Assembly (NCBI GenBank): GCA_963704165.1
Contig: CAVPHD010000001.1
Location: 32,001-96,000, forward strand
Direction: 5' to 3'
Source of the DNA: an uncultured delta proteobacterium
Lineage (GTDB): Bacteria > Myxococcota_A > UBA9160 > SZUA-336
Length of the DNA: 64,000 nucleotides
The notes beneath the pieces are model-generated. The model did no database searches. It was not told the DNA's origin and saw only the letters and a list, made by a program, of their open reading frames with translations. Every line of letters starts with the position of its first letter. Position 1 is the first letter of the stretch. A program made the position numbers and the translations under genes. This document shows positions 1 to 9,474 of the stretch, one piece after another.

Positions 1-668
1 CCGGTCAGGAAGATGTGCTCGTCGGTCATGACGCGACCGCGCGAGTGCTCGATCGTGTCGCCGATGGCGAAGTCCTCGAAGTAGGTGTCGGAGTTCGAGA
101 GATGGGCCAGCTCCGCATAGCCGGCGTCCGCGTCGTACGCGGGGAGCTCGAGCTCCACGTCGACGTTCGCGGCAGCAAGCTCACCCTCGTCGAGCGCGGC
201 GTCGAGATCGTGCTTGAAGACCTGGACCTTGCGCTGGTAGGCGAGCACGATCTCGCCGGTCTGCTTGCGTGCGGTGCTCTGGACGTGGACGACACCGAGC
301 TCGGGACGGCTCGACGAGCTCTTCACGCCGAGCACGGTCGTCTCGGTCTCGATCGTGTCGCCGACGTAGACGGCGGCGCCGAACCGCATGTCGATGTACT
401 CGAGGTTCGCTCGCGCGTTCTCCGAGATGTCCTCGACGGTCTGACTGAACGCGACCGCCATCACGAGTCCCGGCGGAATCGGCATCGACGCGTACCCGTA
501 GGCGCGCGCGTAGCGGAGGTTCTTGTGCAGAGGGTTCGCCGTGAACGAGAAGTCGGTGAAGTGTGCGGTGAGGCCTTCGGTCACCGTACGCCCGCCCTTG
601 TGCCGGAAGATCTGTCCGAGGCGGAAGTCCTCGAGGAAGTTTCCGGTTTTCTTGCGAATCAGTGCCAA
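1..668 (-). CDS. Double MaoC/hotdog-fold dehydratase, mesaconyl-CoA hydratase-like (runs off the left edge of the window)
   Basis: Not in the ORF track. Manual minus-strand translation from TTG 668, preceded by AGGAGG, gives MALIRKKTGNFLEDFRLGQIFRHKGGRTVTEG...VEDISENARANLEYIDMRFGAAVYVGDTI...TYFEDFAIGDTIEHSRGRVMT. Two FEDF-x-x-G MaoC N-terminal motifs are present. Confidence 0.85.
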   Translation of the reverse strand, partial: MALIRKKTGNFLEDFRLGQIFRHKGGRTVTEGLTAHFTDFSFTANPLHKNLRYARAYGYASMPIPPGLVMAVAFSQTVEDISENARANLEYIDMRFGAAVYVGDTIETETTVLGVKSSSSRPELGVVHVQSTARKQTGEIVLAYQRKVQVFKHDLDAALDEGELAAANVDVELELPAYDADAGYAELAHLSNSDTYFEDFAIGDTIEHSRGRVMTDEHIFLT

Positions 669-696
669 GGGGGTCCTCCTTCCGCGGGGCCGGAGT

Positions 697-1992
697 CTAG
701 ACGCGCCCCCGTTCGGCCAGCAAGTCCGGGCGAAGAGCTCCAGCGAGGAAGATCGACCCGGCGATCGCGATTCCCTCGCCGGGGGCTTTCCGATCTCGCG
801 CGAGCGCGAGCGCGCGATTCGGATCGGGCTCGACCTCCACGTCCGGAATGCCTGCCGCCCAGGCCAGCGCAGCCAGCTCGTCCGGAGCGAGGGAGCGGAG
901 CTCTTCGGCCGATGTCACCACACACAGGCGTGTAACGCCGGCGAGCTCCGCGACGATGCCGGCGGCGTCCTTGTCCTTCGAGACGCAGAGTACGAGCGCG
1001 AACTTCCGGCCGGGCCAGATCTCCTCGAGGGTCCGACGCAGGCCACGCGCCGAGTCCGGCGTGTGCGCGCTGTCGAGAACGACGTCGGCGAAGCGCTCGA
1101 CGCGCGCGGGCAATTCGAGCGAGCGCAACCCCGAGATCTCGCTCTCGCGGAGGGAACGGCCGAGATGGACCTCGCTGGCGCGGAGCGCGAGCGCGAGATT
1201 CACGGCCTGGTGTGCGCCGAGCACTCCGCTCTCGATCACGCGACCGTCTTCGAGCCGGAAGCGGAGACCCGTTCCCGAGCTCCGCACGTCTCGCACCGAG
1301 ACGCCCTCGAGTGGCGCGCCGACGGCGATGCTCTGGGCCGCGATCGCGCCCCAGGCCTCGGGATCGAGCGTCCCGTGCAGCGCAGGCACGCCCGCGCGGA
1401 AGATTCCCGCCTTCTCGCGCGCGATCAGCTCGAGCGTGTGTCCGAGCTTGTCGGTGTGTTCGAGCTCGATCGTCGTCACGATCGACACGCTCGACTCGAC
1501 GGCATTGGTGGAATCGAGTCGTCCGCCGAGCCCGACCTCGATCGCAGCGACGTCGACCGCAGCTTCTCGGAAGAGCACGAGCGCGAGCGCGGTCGTGACG
1601 TCGAAGAAGCTCGGACAGAGCTCGGAATCCAGCCGCAGCCGCTCGATCTCGGGCTGCATTCTGCGCAGCGCCGAGACGAGGGTAGCTTCGCCGACGGGCT
1701 CACCGTCGATGCGAAAGCGCTCGCGCCAGCTGACCAGATGCGGCGACGTGAACGTCCCCACGCGAAGTCCGGAAGCGCGCAGCAGGCATTCGACCGCGAG
1801 CGTGACCGTGCCCTTCCCCTTCGAGCCCGCCACGTGCACGCACGCGAGGTCACGCTCGGGGTTTCCGATCGCGGCGAGCAGCGCGCGGATCGGCCCGAGG
1901 CCGAGCCGCTCGTAGTCGTACTGCGTCTTCTTCTCGCGGTTGATCAGTCGGTCGAGATAGCGCTCCGCGTCGCGCAACGTCTGGAGCTCCAT
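697..1992 (-). CDS. folC: Folylpolyglutamate synthase / dihydrofolate synthase
   Basis: Motifs HVAGSKGKGT, FTSPHL..WRERF, EVGLGGRLDSTN, EHTDKLG..LELIAREKAGI, DSAHT. Start taken at the ATG of MELQTL (1992). Confidence 0.95.
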   Translation of the reverse strand: MELQTLRDAERYLDRLINREKKTQYDYERLGLGPIRALLAAIGNPERDLACVHVAGSKGKGTVTLAVECLLRASGLRVGTFTSPHLVSWRERFRIDGEPVGEATLVSALRRMQPEIERLRLDSELCPSFFDVTTALALVLFREAAVDVAAIEVGLGGRLDSTNAVESSVSIVTTIELEHTDKLGHTLELIAREKAGIFRAGVPALHGTLDPEAWGAIAAQSIAVGAPLEGVSVRDVRSSGTGLRFRLEDGRVIESGVLGAHQAVNLALALRASEVHLGRSLRESEISGLRSLELPARVERFADVVLDSAHTPDSARGLRRTLEEIWPGRKFALVLCVSKDKDAAGIVAELAGVTRLCVVTSAEELRSLAPDELAALAWAAGIPDVEVEPDPNRALALARDRKAPGEGIAIAGSIFLAGALRPDLLAERGRV

Positions 1993-2010
1993 CTTTGCTA
2001 GCCTGACTCC

Positions 2011-3153
2011 GTGATGCCGCGCGCCGGTACGAGCGTCCGCTGGTGGGTGTACGGCTCGGCTACGCCAAAGCTCGACGCCCTGATGGCGGATCCCGACGCC
2101 GTTCTCGCGGGTCCGGGAATTCTTGCCCGCGAGCTGACCGGCCGCAAACGCTTCTTCCGCATCGACGGCCAGGCGGGCGAGCCCGCGCTGTACGTGAAGG
2201 TCTTCGCTCTCCCTCGGGGTCTGAAGCGGTTGCGCTACTTCCTCCTCCCGTCGAAGGCCCGCAGGGAACGTGCGATCGCCAGACGAATCGCGCGCCTCGG
2301 TTTCGAGGTCGCGGGCCCGGTCGCGGTGGGCGAACGCCGTCGTCTCGGGGTGCTCGAGTGCAGCTACTCGGTCGTTCCGGAGATCGATGCACGCGACCTG
2401 GTTCGGTTGCTTCGGGGCGACGCTCTCTCGAGCGGCGAGCGGCGAGAGCTTCTCGAGCGCTTCGGCGCTCTCGCTCGCAGGCTGCACGATGCGGGGGTCG
2501 ACCAGGACGACTTCGCGCCGAACAACTTCCTGATGCGACCCGACGGGTCCTTCGTGTTGATCGACTTCGAGCGCTGCAACGTCCGCCGGGGTCCGCTCGG
2601 TGCTTCGCGCTGGACACAGCTCGCGAAGCTGCACCGGAGGGATCTCGGCGTCTCGCGCAGCGATCGCCTGCGCCTGCTCCGCGCCTACCTCGGCGAGGCC
2701 AGCGGGCGTGGGGAGCGACGCGCGGCCTGGCAGCGGATCTGGCCCGAGTACCGCCGGATTCGCCGCCACGATGCGCGACACGCCGAGGCATCTGCCTTCC
2801 ACGAGGGGCGGAACCTCGCTCGCGAGGGAGCCGGCTGGGTGGTGCGCCCGCGGATCGCCGCGAAGACGATCGCGTTCGAGCTCGAGCCGGAGAGCGCACG
2901 CGTCTGCTGGCTACGCGCACTGCAGCTCGAGCGACTCGGCCTTCCCGCGCTCCGGCCCGTTCGCCTGGTCGGCGGGCGGGTCGAGCTGCTCGACCCGGGT
3001 GCGTCGGCCCCGCGTTCACCCGCCGATCAGCTGATCGCCCGCGCGCTTGCCGCGCTCGCGCCATGGGGACACTTCAGCGCGCCTCCGCAATGGCTGTTCA
3101 CCGAACACGGCGCGCTGCTTCGCAATCCGCACGCGTTCGAAATCGATCTCTGA
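2011..3153 (+). CDS. Lipopolysaccharide kinase (Kdo/WaaP/InaA family)
   Basis: LYVKVF, SKARRE, LHDAGVDQDDFAPNNFL, LIDFER and VSRSDRLRLLRAY match the LPS-kinase-like fold. Confidence 0.75.
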   Translation: MMPRAGTSVRWWVYGSATPKLDALMADPDAVLAGPGILARELTGRKRFFRIDGQAGEPALYVKVFALPRGLKRLRYFLLPSKARRERAIARRIARLGFEVAGPVAVGERRRLGVLECSYSVVPEIDARDLVRLLRGDALSSGERRELLERFGALARRLHDAGVDQDDFAPNNFLMRPDGSFVLIDFERCNVRRGPLGASRWTQLAKLHRRDLGVSRSDRLRLLRAYLGEASGRGERRAAWQRIWPEYRRIRRHDARHAEASAFHEGRNLAREGAGWVVRPRIAAKTIAFELEPESARVCWLRALQLERLGLPALRPVRLVGGRVELLDPGASAPRSPADQLIARALAALAPWGHFSAPPQWLFTEHGALLRNPHAFEIDL

Positions 3154-3196
3154 CGCGCGGATCGCGCGAGATGCCGCTAGGCGAACGCGAGCGGCG

Positions 3197-3517
3197 TCAC
3201 TGCGCCATGTAGCGGTTCGAGGCCCGGTACTTCGAAACGGCCTCGTCGTTGCTCGCGATCGCCGGATAGAAGTAGCGGACCGCGTGTCCACAGGTGCGGC
3301 AGATCTTGTAGCAGAACTTGAAACCGTCGATCTCCCGCGTGTTGCCGACGAGTTCCCGGTTCTCGTCCGTGCAGCAGTCCCCCGGCAACGGCGGGGAGAT
3401 GATCCGGCGCGGATAGTCATTGTCCGGCTTCTCGCTGGTCGAGTAGCGGATGATGCTGCGCAGGTTCCGGTGCGGCTTCTGGTCAGCCGGTCGTAGGTTG
3501 CTTCCGATTCGCTTCAT
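3197..3517 (-). CDS. Small Cys-rich hypothetical protein (possible zinc ribbon)
   Basis: 106 aa with protein-like composition, a CC pair and C-x3-C-x2-C-G-H. It follows the NRDE gene on the same strand after a 13-bp gap. Confidence 0.7.
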   Translation of the reverse strand: MKRIGSNLRPADQKPHRNLRSIIRYSTSEKPDNDYPRRIISPPLPGDCCTDENRELVGNTREIDGFKFCYKICRTCGHAVRYFYPAIASNDEAVSKYRASNRYMAQ

Positions 3518-3530
3518 GTTCGACTTACCC

Positions 3531-4286
3531 TCACGTTACGGCCCGCGGGAGTTCGTCCAGCAGGCTGCTGAAATCATGGTACTTGGTGTCGCACGGGGCT
3601 CCGTCCGCGTAGCGCCAGGTTCGATGCCGCGGCCCGACCGCGAGCACGGTCGAGGAGCGTGTCCCGTAGTCCGGGGTATGGACGCACGGGTTCTCGAGCG
3701 GATTCGAGCCGTGCGGATGCGCGGCGAGGAGGGCTCCGAGTCCTGAAACGAGGGCCTCGAGGTCTCCGGTCGGATCGAGAGCGCCGAGCATCGTCTCGAT
3801 CCGGCGAACCTTGCCAGAGCTCGGATCGTCCGGATCGCGATTGCAGACGACGTGGATCCCGGGATTCATGGGACGCGTCTCGAGGCGATCGTCCTTCATG
3901 CGGGCGAAGAAGGTCTCGCGACCGTCCGAAACCAGCAGGTTGAACGGCGTCGTGCGTTGCTCGCAGGCACGCTCGACCTCTTGCGCCGCCTCTGCCGCCG
4001 TGGAGCGACCGAGCGCGTCCACGACCAGAAGCCCGCGCGAGCGCGCAGCTGGATCGCGCACCGCGACCGGGCGATTGGTGAGCCCTACGAATAGACCGTT
4101 CGAGTTCAATCCCATCCACGTTCCGCCAGCCGCGAGATCCTGCGGCGCGACGAAGCTCAACTTTCCATCCCCGGATACGAAGCGACCCGGCGGCGCTGCG
4201 GGCCTCGCGAAGAACTCGTCCCGATTGGCCGCGACGACGAGCGGAAACTCAGGTACGACGCGGTCCAACAGGATCAGCGTGCACAT
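3531..4286 (-). CDS. NRDE/TANGO2 family protein
   Basis: MCTL N-terminus, AANRDEFFARP, DLAAGGTWMGLN, SRGLLV, YGTRSST. Confidence 0.93.
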   Translation of the reverse strand: MCTLILLDRVVPEFPLVVAANRDEFFARPAAPPGRFVSGDGKLSFVAPQDLAAGGTWMGLNSNGLFVGLTNRPVAVRDPAARSRGLLVVDALGRSTAAEAAQEVERACEQRTTPFNLLVSDGRETFFARMKDDRLETRPMNPGIHVVCNRDPDDPSSGKVRRIETMLGALDPTGDLEALVSGLGALLAAHPHGSNPLENPCVHTPDYGTRSSTVLAVGPRHRTWRYADGAPCDTKYHDFSSLLDELPRAVT

Positions 4287-4373
4287 GAATCCACGCCCTC
4301 TGCCCAGCCCCGCCGTGCATCGGCACCGCTCGAAAGCGGGGATTCCGCGGTTCATCCGCAGTGTTACGAGCGC

Positions 4374-4402
4374 AACGTACCATTTGAGGCGCTCTGACTC
4401 AA
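4374..4402 (-). promoter_or_regulatory. Putative sigma70 promoter for the NRDE operon
   Basis: TTGAGT-N17-TACGTT on the minus strand, with TG-n extension. Confidence 0.4.
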
Positions 4403-4438
4403 GCCGTGGGGCGCGGGGTCGGCCAAATGACCGGGCGG

Positions 4439-5755
4439 TCAGCCCGGGGCGTTGCTCGACACGACACGCAGGTTGGGAGCCTCGGAGCGCGGTGCGGGAC
4501 TCGGAATCGCCGCCCGGGTCGCGTCCGCGGGCGGCCGGAAATCGAGGCCGTAGCGCTCGAAGATCGGCTGGAGGACAGCGGCCGAGTCGAGCAGCGTGGC
4601 GCGCACGGACTCGAGGCCGTGCTTGACCGCGTCGGCGCGCCGCCAGAATTCGAGAGGGTTCAGGTCGAAGAACTTCTCGTCGCTCTCGCGCGCCTCGATC
4701 ACGACGATGTCGCCGCGGAACTGCTCGTCGTGCATGTAGCCGCGCAGACCCATGGCGAGCCGCGTATGGAGCATCGTGCGCAGCACCTGGTTCAGAACGG
4801 TCTGCAACCCGCGATCCGAAAGGTATCGGCTGCCGACGCGGTCGGCGGCGTGCGGGTCGTTCCAGTAGGGCCGGAACGGGTTGTAGCAGATGATCAGATC
4901 GGCCCCCTGCTCCACCGCGACGTCGATGTTCGCGGTCCGACGCACCCCGCCATCGACGTAGTCGACGCCGTTGAACCGGGCGGGCTTGAAGAAGCCGGGC
5001 AGCGCACTCGAGGCCTGCACGGCCTCCGAGATCGTCAGACCGTGGTCGTCCTCGGGACCGAAGACCACGCGCTCGGCGTTGTCGAGGTTGGTGGCGGTGA
5101 TGTAGAGCTTGCGACCGGTCTCGCGATAGAAATCCGCGAAGTAGTTCGGCACGCCCACCTTGGCCATGTTGGTCGCGAGCCAGCGCTCGAGCGGCGCGTT
5201 GTCGAACGCCCCGGACGGCAGCAGCGCGCCGAGCGGCGGGAACTGGCGCTTGGGCGAGATCTCCTCGTACAGCTCCATCAGGAACGCTTCGAGGTGCGTG
5301 TAGGTCGGCTCCTCGAGCAGCCGGCGGAAGTACGGCCCGACGCGCTCCGGCAGATCCGGCAGCACGGAGAGCAGGTCGAGCAGCAGCCCCGGGAGGTAGC
5401 CCGCCAGTCGCGCCCCGAAGACCGTCGTGCGACCGACGATCTCGCCGATGTTCGGGCTGTAGAAGTCGATCGGCCGAAGCTGATCGATTCGCCGCGAGGT
5501 GCCCTCGAGCGCCTCGATCATCTCGTCGGGCGTGATGCCGGCGGCGAGCGAGGTCGCGAGGAACGCGCCCGCCGAGAGCCCGACATACGTGTCGAGCTCG
5601 GTCACCTTTCGCCCGACGAGGAACTCGTCGAGCGCCTTCAGGCCCCCGACTTTGAACGCGCCGCCGGAGACGGCGCCGCCGGCGAGGACCAGCGCGATCT
5701 TCGGGTTCTTCGGAGGGCGAACGCCAGAGCTTCGCTGGATCAGGGTCAGGCCCAC
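4439..5755 (-). CDS. Patatin-like phospholipase
   Basis: LVLAGGAVSGG oxyanion loop, GLSAG nucleophile, ASSALPGFF, YVDGG. Confidence 0.92.
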   Translation of the reverse strand: MGLTLIQRSSGVRPPKNPKIALVLAGGAVSGGAFKVGGLKALDEFLVGRKVTELDTYVGLSAGAFLATSLAAGITPDEMIEALEGTSRRIDQLRPIDFYSPNIGEIVGRTTVFGARLAGYLPGLLLDLLSVLPDLPERVGPYFRRLLEEPTYTHLEAFLMELYEEISPKRQFPPLGALLPSGAFDNAPLERWLATNMAKVGVPNYFADFYRETGRKLYITATNLDNAERVVFGPEDDHGLTISEAVQASSALPGFFKPARFNGVDYVDGGVRRTANIDVAVEQGADLIICYNPFRPYWNDPHAADRVGSRYLSDRGLQTVLNQVLRTMLHTRLAMGLRGYMHDEQFRGDIVVIEARESDEKFFDLNPLEFWRRADAVKHGLESVRATLLDSAAVLQPIFERYGLDFRPPADATRAAIPSPAPRSEAPNLRVVSSNAPG

Positions 5756-5884
5756 GCGACGACCTCTCGGTCGCGATTCACATCCAGAGCGTCGGCGCCC
5801 CCCATCCCGAGGAAATCGGCCCTCGGGAACGGAAACTCCAGCCGCGCCAGATCCTTGAGGTGCGCAAGCATTCGACTGCGCCCG

Positions 5885-5912
5885 ACTTTACGCAGCGCGT
5901 CAGGCTTGTCAA
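5885..5912 (-). promoter_or_regulatory. Putative sigma70 promoter for the patatin gene
   Basis: TTGACA-N16-TAAAGT on the minus strand, about 130 bp upstream of GTG 5755. Confidence 0.55.
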
Positions 5913-6084
5913 CCAAACCAGCGGGGCCATCCTCAAGCGCGCAAGTCGGTCTACCGATCTCGGGACACGGACGCGGTGCGCGCTCCGGCCCGTCGCCGGG
6001 AGGCGAGGTCGGACCAAAATCCGGTATCGTCATCGTGCGCCGCACGTCCCATGTGGGACCGTGGGGTCCTGGAGAGGCGATCCG

Positions 6085-7428
6085 ATGAAGCGCAGCCGAG
6101 ATCGAGATGCCGCGACCCTGATCCTGGTCGGGGCGCTCTGTCTTTCGCTGGCGTGTGCGACATCGACCCCCCCGGTGACCGACCCCACTGCAGATCCGGC
6201 TCCGACCGCGATCGAGGACGACGCGGCGACCGGGGAGACGACCGCCGACGCAGATCCGGTCTCGGACGAGGCGCGGAAGAAGGCGCCCAAGACGCAGGCG
6301 CAGCGCAAACGCCAGAACGGCGTCGCTCGAAGAGCCGAGGCTGGACTCGAATCGCTGATCATCGGCACCGTGATCGGCGCGCAGGTCGGCGCGGGCGTCG
6401 GTGCGCTGGTCGGCGCGGTGACGTTCGGGCTCTACGGTGTGATCACCGGCGATGTGCCCTTCGAATCGGGACGGCGCTCGGCACCCGCAGGGCGGCCAGA
6501 CCACGACGCCGACGACCGAATGGAGAGCGAGGTCGAGGAGGAGGTCCGGAAGCAGAAGGACCTCGAAGCCGAGATCGAGGCCGAGCTCAAGCGACAGGAA
6601 GAGCTGCTCGCCGCGATCAACAAGCAGGAAGAGCTGAACTCCACGCTCGAGGACGAGGCACGCGACTGCGCCGGCGCCGTCAATCCGAGCGACCCGACCG
6701 CGGCGCCGGCCCGGCCGTGCCAGCGCGACATTCCCGATTCGATCTTCGAGACCCAGACGAAGAAGACCGGCAAGCAGGAAGAGATCGTCAAGACGCTCGA
6801 TGCCGACCGCGACGGACGACCGGAGATCGAGATCGTGATCGATCCGAAGTCCGGTCAGACGATCTCTCGCTCGGAGGACACCGACTACGACGGCACGCTC
6901 GACGCCGTGAATGCGTACCTGCCCGACGGCCGGCTCGCCTCGCGCGACGAGGACACGAACCAGGACGGCAAGCCCGATCGCTGGATCGTCTACGACGGTG
7001 GCGAGAGCGCGTCGCGCGTCGAGGTCGATCGGAACTTCGACGGCACGCGCGACGGCTTCTACCAGTACGAAGCGGGGGTGCTCGTGTACGAGGAGCACGA
7101 CACGAACGGCGACGGCAAGGCCGACCGCCGCGTCGAGTACGTCGCCGGCGCGCGTAGCGTCGAGATCGAGGACTCGAACCTCGACGGTACGATGGACGCG
7201 CGCACGTACTTCGACGCGAACGGCGTGCCGGGCCGGATCGAGCGCGACAAGAACCAGGACGGCAACACGGACGTCTGGGAGTTCTTCGAGGGCAGTGATC
7301 CGGCGAAGGTCGTGATCGTGCGCCGCGAGGAGGACAAGAACGGAGACGGCTCCGTCGACGTCACGTCCTTCTACGAGAAGGGAAAGCTCGTCCGCAAAGA
7401 GGTCTCCGACCCGTCCGTGCTGAACTGA
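6085..7428 (+). CDS. Lipoprotein with glycine zipper, coiled coil and eight Dx(D/N)xDG repeats
   Basis: GGAGAGG precedes ATG 6085. Lipobox-like LSLAC, GTVIGAQVGAGVGALVG zipper, E/K-rich heptads and C-terminal repeats. Confidence 0.85.
   Translation: MKRSRDRDAATLILVGALCLSLACATSTPPVTDPTADPAPTAIEDDAATGETTADADPVSDEARKKAPKTQAQRKRQNGVARRAEAGLESLIIGTVIGAQVGAGVGALVGAVTFGLYGVITGDVPFESGRRSAPAGRPDHDADDRMESEVEEEVRKQKDLEAEIEAELKRQEELLAAINKQEELNSTLEDEARDCAGAVNPSDPTAAPARPCQRDIPDSIFETQTKKTGKQEEIVKTLDADRDGRPEIEIVIDPKSGQTISRSEDTDYDGTLDAVNAYLPDGRLASRDEDTNQDGKPDRWIVYDGGESASRVEVDRNFDGTRDGFYQYEAGVLVYEEHDTNGDGKADRRVEYVAGARSVEIEDSNLDGTMDARTYFDANGVPGRIERDKNQDGNTDVWEFFEGSDPAKVVIVRREEDKNGDGSVDVTSFYEKGKLVRKEVSDPSVLN
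6799..7380 (+). repeat. Protein-level tandem repeat, 8 units of about 24 aa, each with a Dx(D/N)xDG loop
   Basis: DADRDG, DTDYDG, DTNQDG, DRNFDG, DTNGDG, DSNLDG, DKNQDG, DKNGDG, each followed by x-x-(D/E) and a hydrophobic or aromatic strand. Confidence 0.85.
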
Positions 7429-7435
7429 TCCGGGA

Positions 7436-8737
7436 TCAGCGGGCCGGTTTCGGAGCGTCCTCGGGCTTCTCGACCCCGATCTCGAGAACGCGCTCCCGTT
7501 CCTGCCTGCGGAACGCGTTCTGGCGCTCCCGCTCGAGCCTGAGCTGGATCTCGCGGTTTCGCTCTCGAATCCGGTCGCGTTCGGCCGTGAGTTCGAGATC
7601 GCTCATGCCCTGCTGTGCGAAGGTGAGGTCGAACTCGGTCGAGCCCCGGCTCCCGTCCGAAGCGAGAGCGGAGACACGGATCCGGTTCAGGCCCGCTCGC
7701 ACGGGAACGAAGCCCTGAAACGAGCCGTCCGGTGAGAGCAGGATGTCGTTCGGTCCCGCCCATTCCATGAGCGTCAGGTTCACCGCTACGACGTCCTCGA
7801 CGTTCGCGAACGAGACTCCCGAGAGCAGCGCGACGATGTCACCGGGGCGACGCACGGGTGTGTAGAGACCGCCCGTCGTCTTGGCCATCTCCGTCGCGGC
7901 GACCGGGTAGTCGATCGCGGAAGGTCCGAGCCCGTACACGTTCATCATCACGCCCGCGACCTTGGCGAGCTGGGCGGCGTCGATCGCCGCCAGCATGTCC
8001 TCCTTGTCCTCGACGTTCGCGAGGCCGAAGGGCAGCGACGGCTTTCCGTCGGTCAGGAAGAGAATGACCTTCTTCGCCTGCGGCCGCGGCCGCGAAACCG
8101 AACCCGGGAGTCCCGCGAGCTCGCGGAGTGCGAGCTTCACGCCCGCCTGCATGTTCGTCCCACCATTGGGTCCGCGCAGCAGCGCCGCGTCGAGCGACCG
8201 CCGGACCGCGCCGTAGTCGGGCGTCAGCGCCTGTTCGAGCAGCGCATCGTCGCCACGCCCGAGGCGGCGTTGCGTCACCGGATCGACTTCTCCCGAGAAG
8301 GAGATCACACCGACGTGAACGCGCGTCGGATCGAGTCCCTCGAGCAAGGCCTTGGACGCGGCGACCTCGGCCGCGAGAACCGAATCATCGGGGTCGGTGT
8401 TGGGCGTATCCGGCTGCGAAGAGATAGGTGATCGCTGCGTCTCGCCGAGAATTCCGTCGCCGTCGACGTCGATTCCGCTCGGATAGGCCGTGGAGCCGGA
8501 GACGTCCAGGACGATGACGAGATCGAAGCTCGTCGGCCGCTCACCGGCGATCGCAAGCCCCGCCAGCGGCGCCATGTCGGTCCTGTTGCGGATCGTCTCG
8601 CCCGAGCGCGGCGATCGGATCTCGATCTGGACGCCGTTTGCATCCTGCGCGCACGCCGGTGGTGCCGGCGAGACGCCGGCACCGAGCACGAGCGCGCCCA
8701 CCAGAGCCGCAAGCGGCCGATAGATGCGAAACGACAT
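7436..8737 (-). CDS. Secreted von Willebrand factor A domain protein
   Basis: Signal peptide; MIDAS residues VLDVSGS, GGTN, FLTDG; C-terminal beta-rich segment and charged helix. Confidence 0.88.
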   Translation of the reverse strand: MSFRIYRPLAALVGALVLGAGVSPAPPACAQDANGVQIEIRSPRSGETIRNRTDMAPLAGLAIAGERPTSFDLVIVLDVSGSTAYPSGIDVDGDGILGETQRSPISSQPDTPNTDPDDSVLAAEVAASKALLEGLDPTRVHVGVISFSGEVDPVTQRRLGRGDDALLEQALTPDYGAVRRSLDAALLRGPNGGTNMQAGVKLALRELAGLPGSVSRPRPQAKKVILFLTDGKPSLPFGLANVEDKEDMLAAIDAAQLAKVAGVMMNVYGLGPSAIDYPVAATEMAKTTGGLYTPVRRPGDIVALLSGVSFANVEDVVAVNLTLMEWAGPNDILLSPDGSFQGFVPVRAGLNRIRVSALASDGSRGSTEFDLTFAQQGMSDLELTAERDRIRERNREIQLRLERERQNAFRRQERERVLEIGVEKPEDAPKPAR

Positions 8738-8747
8738 CGCTCGGGTG

Positions 8748-9423
8748 CTACTGCGGCGCGCTGCCGCTCTGAATCACCTCGTCATCGGGTCGGATCTCGA
8801 CCTCGACGCGGCGATTCTGCTGGCGACCTTCGGCCGTGGAGTTGGTCGCGACCGGCATCTTCGACCCGAATCCGATCGCGGTGATCCGCGAGGACGAGAC
8901 GCCTTCCGACACCAGGAACGTCCGGACGTTGTTCGCGCGCTCCTCGGAGAGCGTCTGGTTGAAGCGGTCGTCGCCCTGCGAATCCGTGTGGCCCTTCACG
9001 ATCAGGCGCTGCTTCGGGTAGTTCTTGAGCGTCTGGGCGAGCGAGCGCAGTCCGGTCGTAGCCACCGGGCAGAAGCGAGGACGAGTTGGTGTCGAACAGG
9101 ATTCCACCCGCGAAGTTCACGACCAGGGAGTCGTCGCGGCGTTCGACATCGGCACCGGGAATCGCGTCGATCTCCTTGGCCTGCTTGTCGAGGTAGTTGC
9201 CGATCAAGCCACCCGCGATCGCGCCCGTCGCAGCACCGATCAACGCACCACCTGCGCGGTGCTTCTTGCCACCGATGGCCGCGCCCGCCGCAGCGCCTGC
9301 GAGGGTTCCGACGACCGCACCTTGCTTGGTCTTCGTGTCGAGCAGTTGACCCTCGGCGCAGCCGAACGTGGCAGACAGACACAGCAAGGCGACAGCGGTC
9401 GTGGTGCTTCGGAGAATGTGCAT
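8748..9423 (-). CDS. OmpA-family lipoprotein with glycine zipper (YiaD-like), one frameshift near 9052
   Basis: N-half: TFGC lipobox, GAVVGTLAGAAAGAAIGG, ILFDTNSS. C-half, in another frame: GHTDSQG..NQTLSEERA..GRQQNRRVE. Confidence 0.9.
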
Positions 9424-9474
9424 TCGGTCCTTCCTTCTCGTGGTTCGCATGAAGTTCCGCGCAGTGTAGGACGG

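Noticed and set aside
6799..7380. CRISPR-like or DNA tandem repeat
   Set aside because: The periodicity is at the protein level only. Nucleotide units are degenerate, with no identical repeats or spacers, and no cas genes are present.
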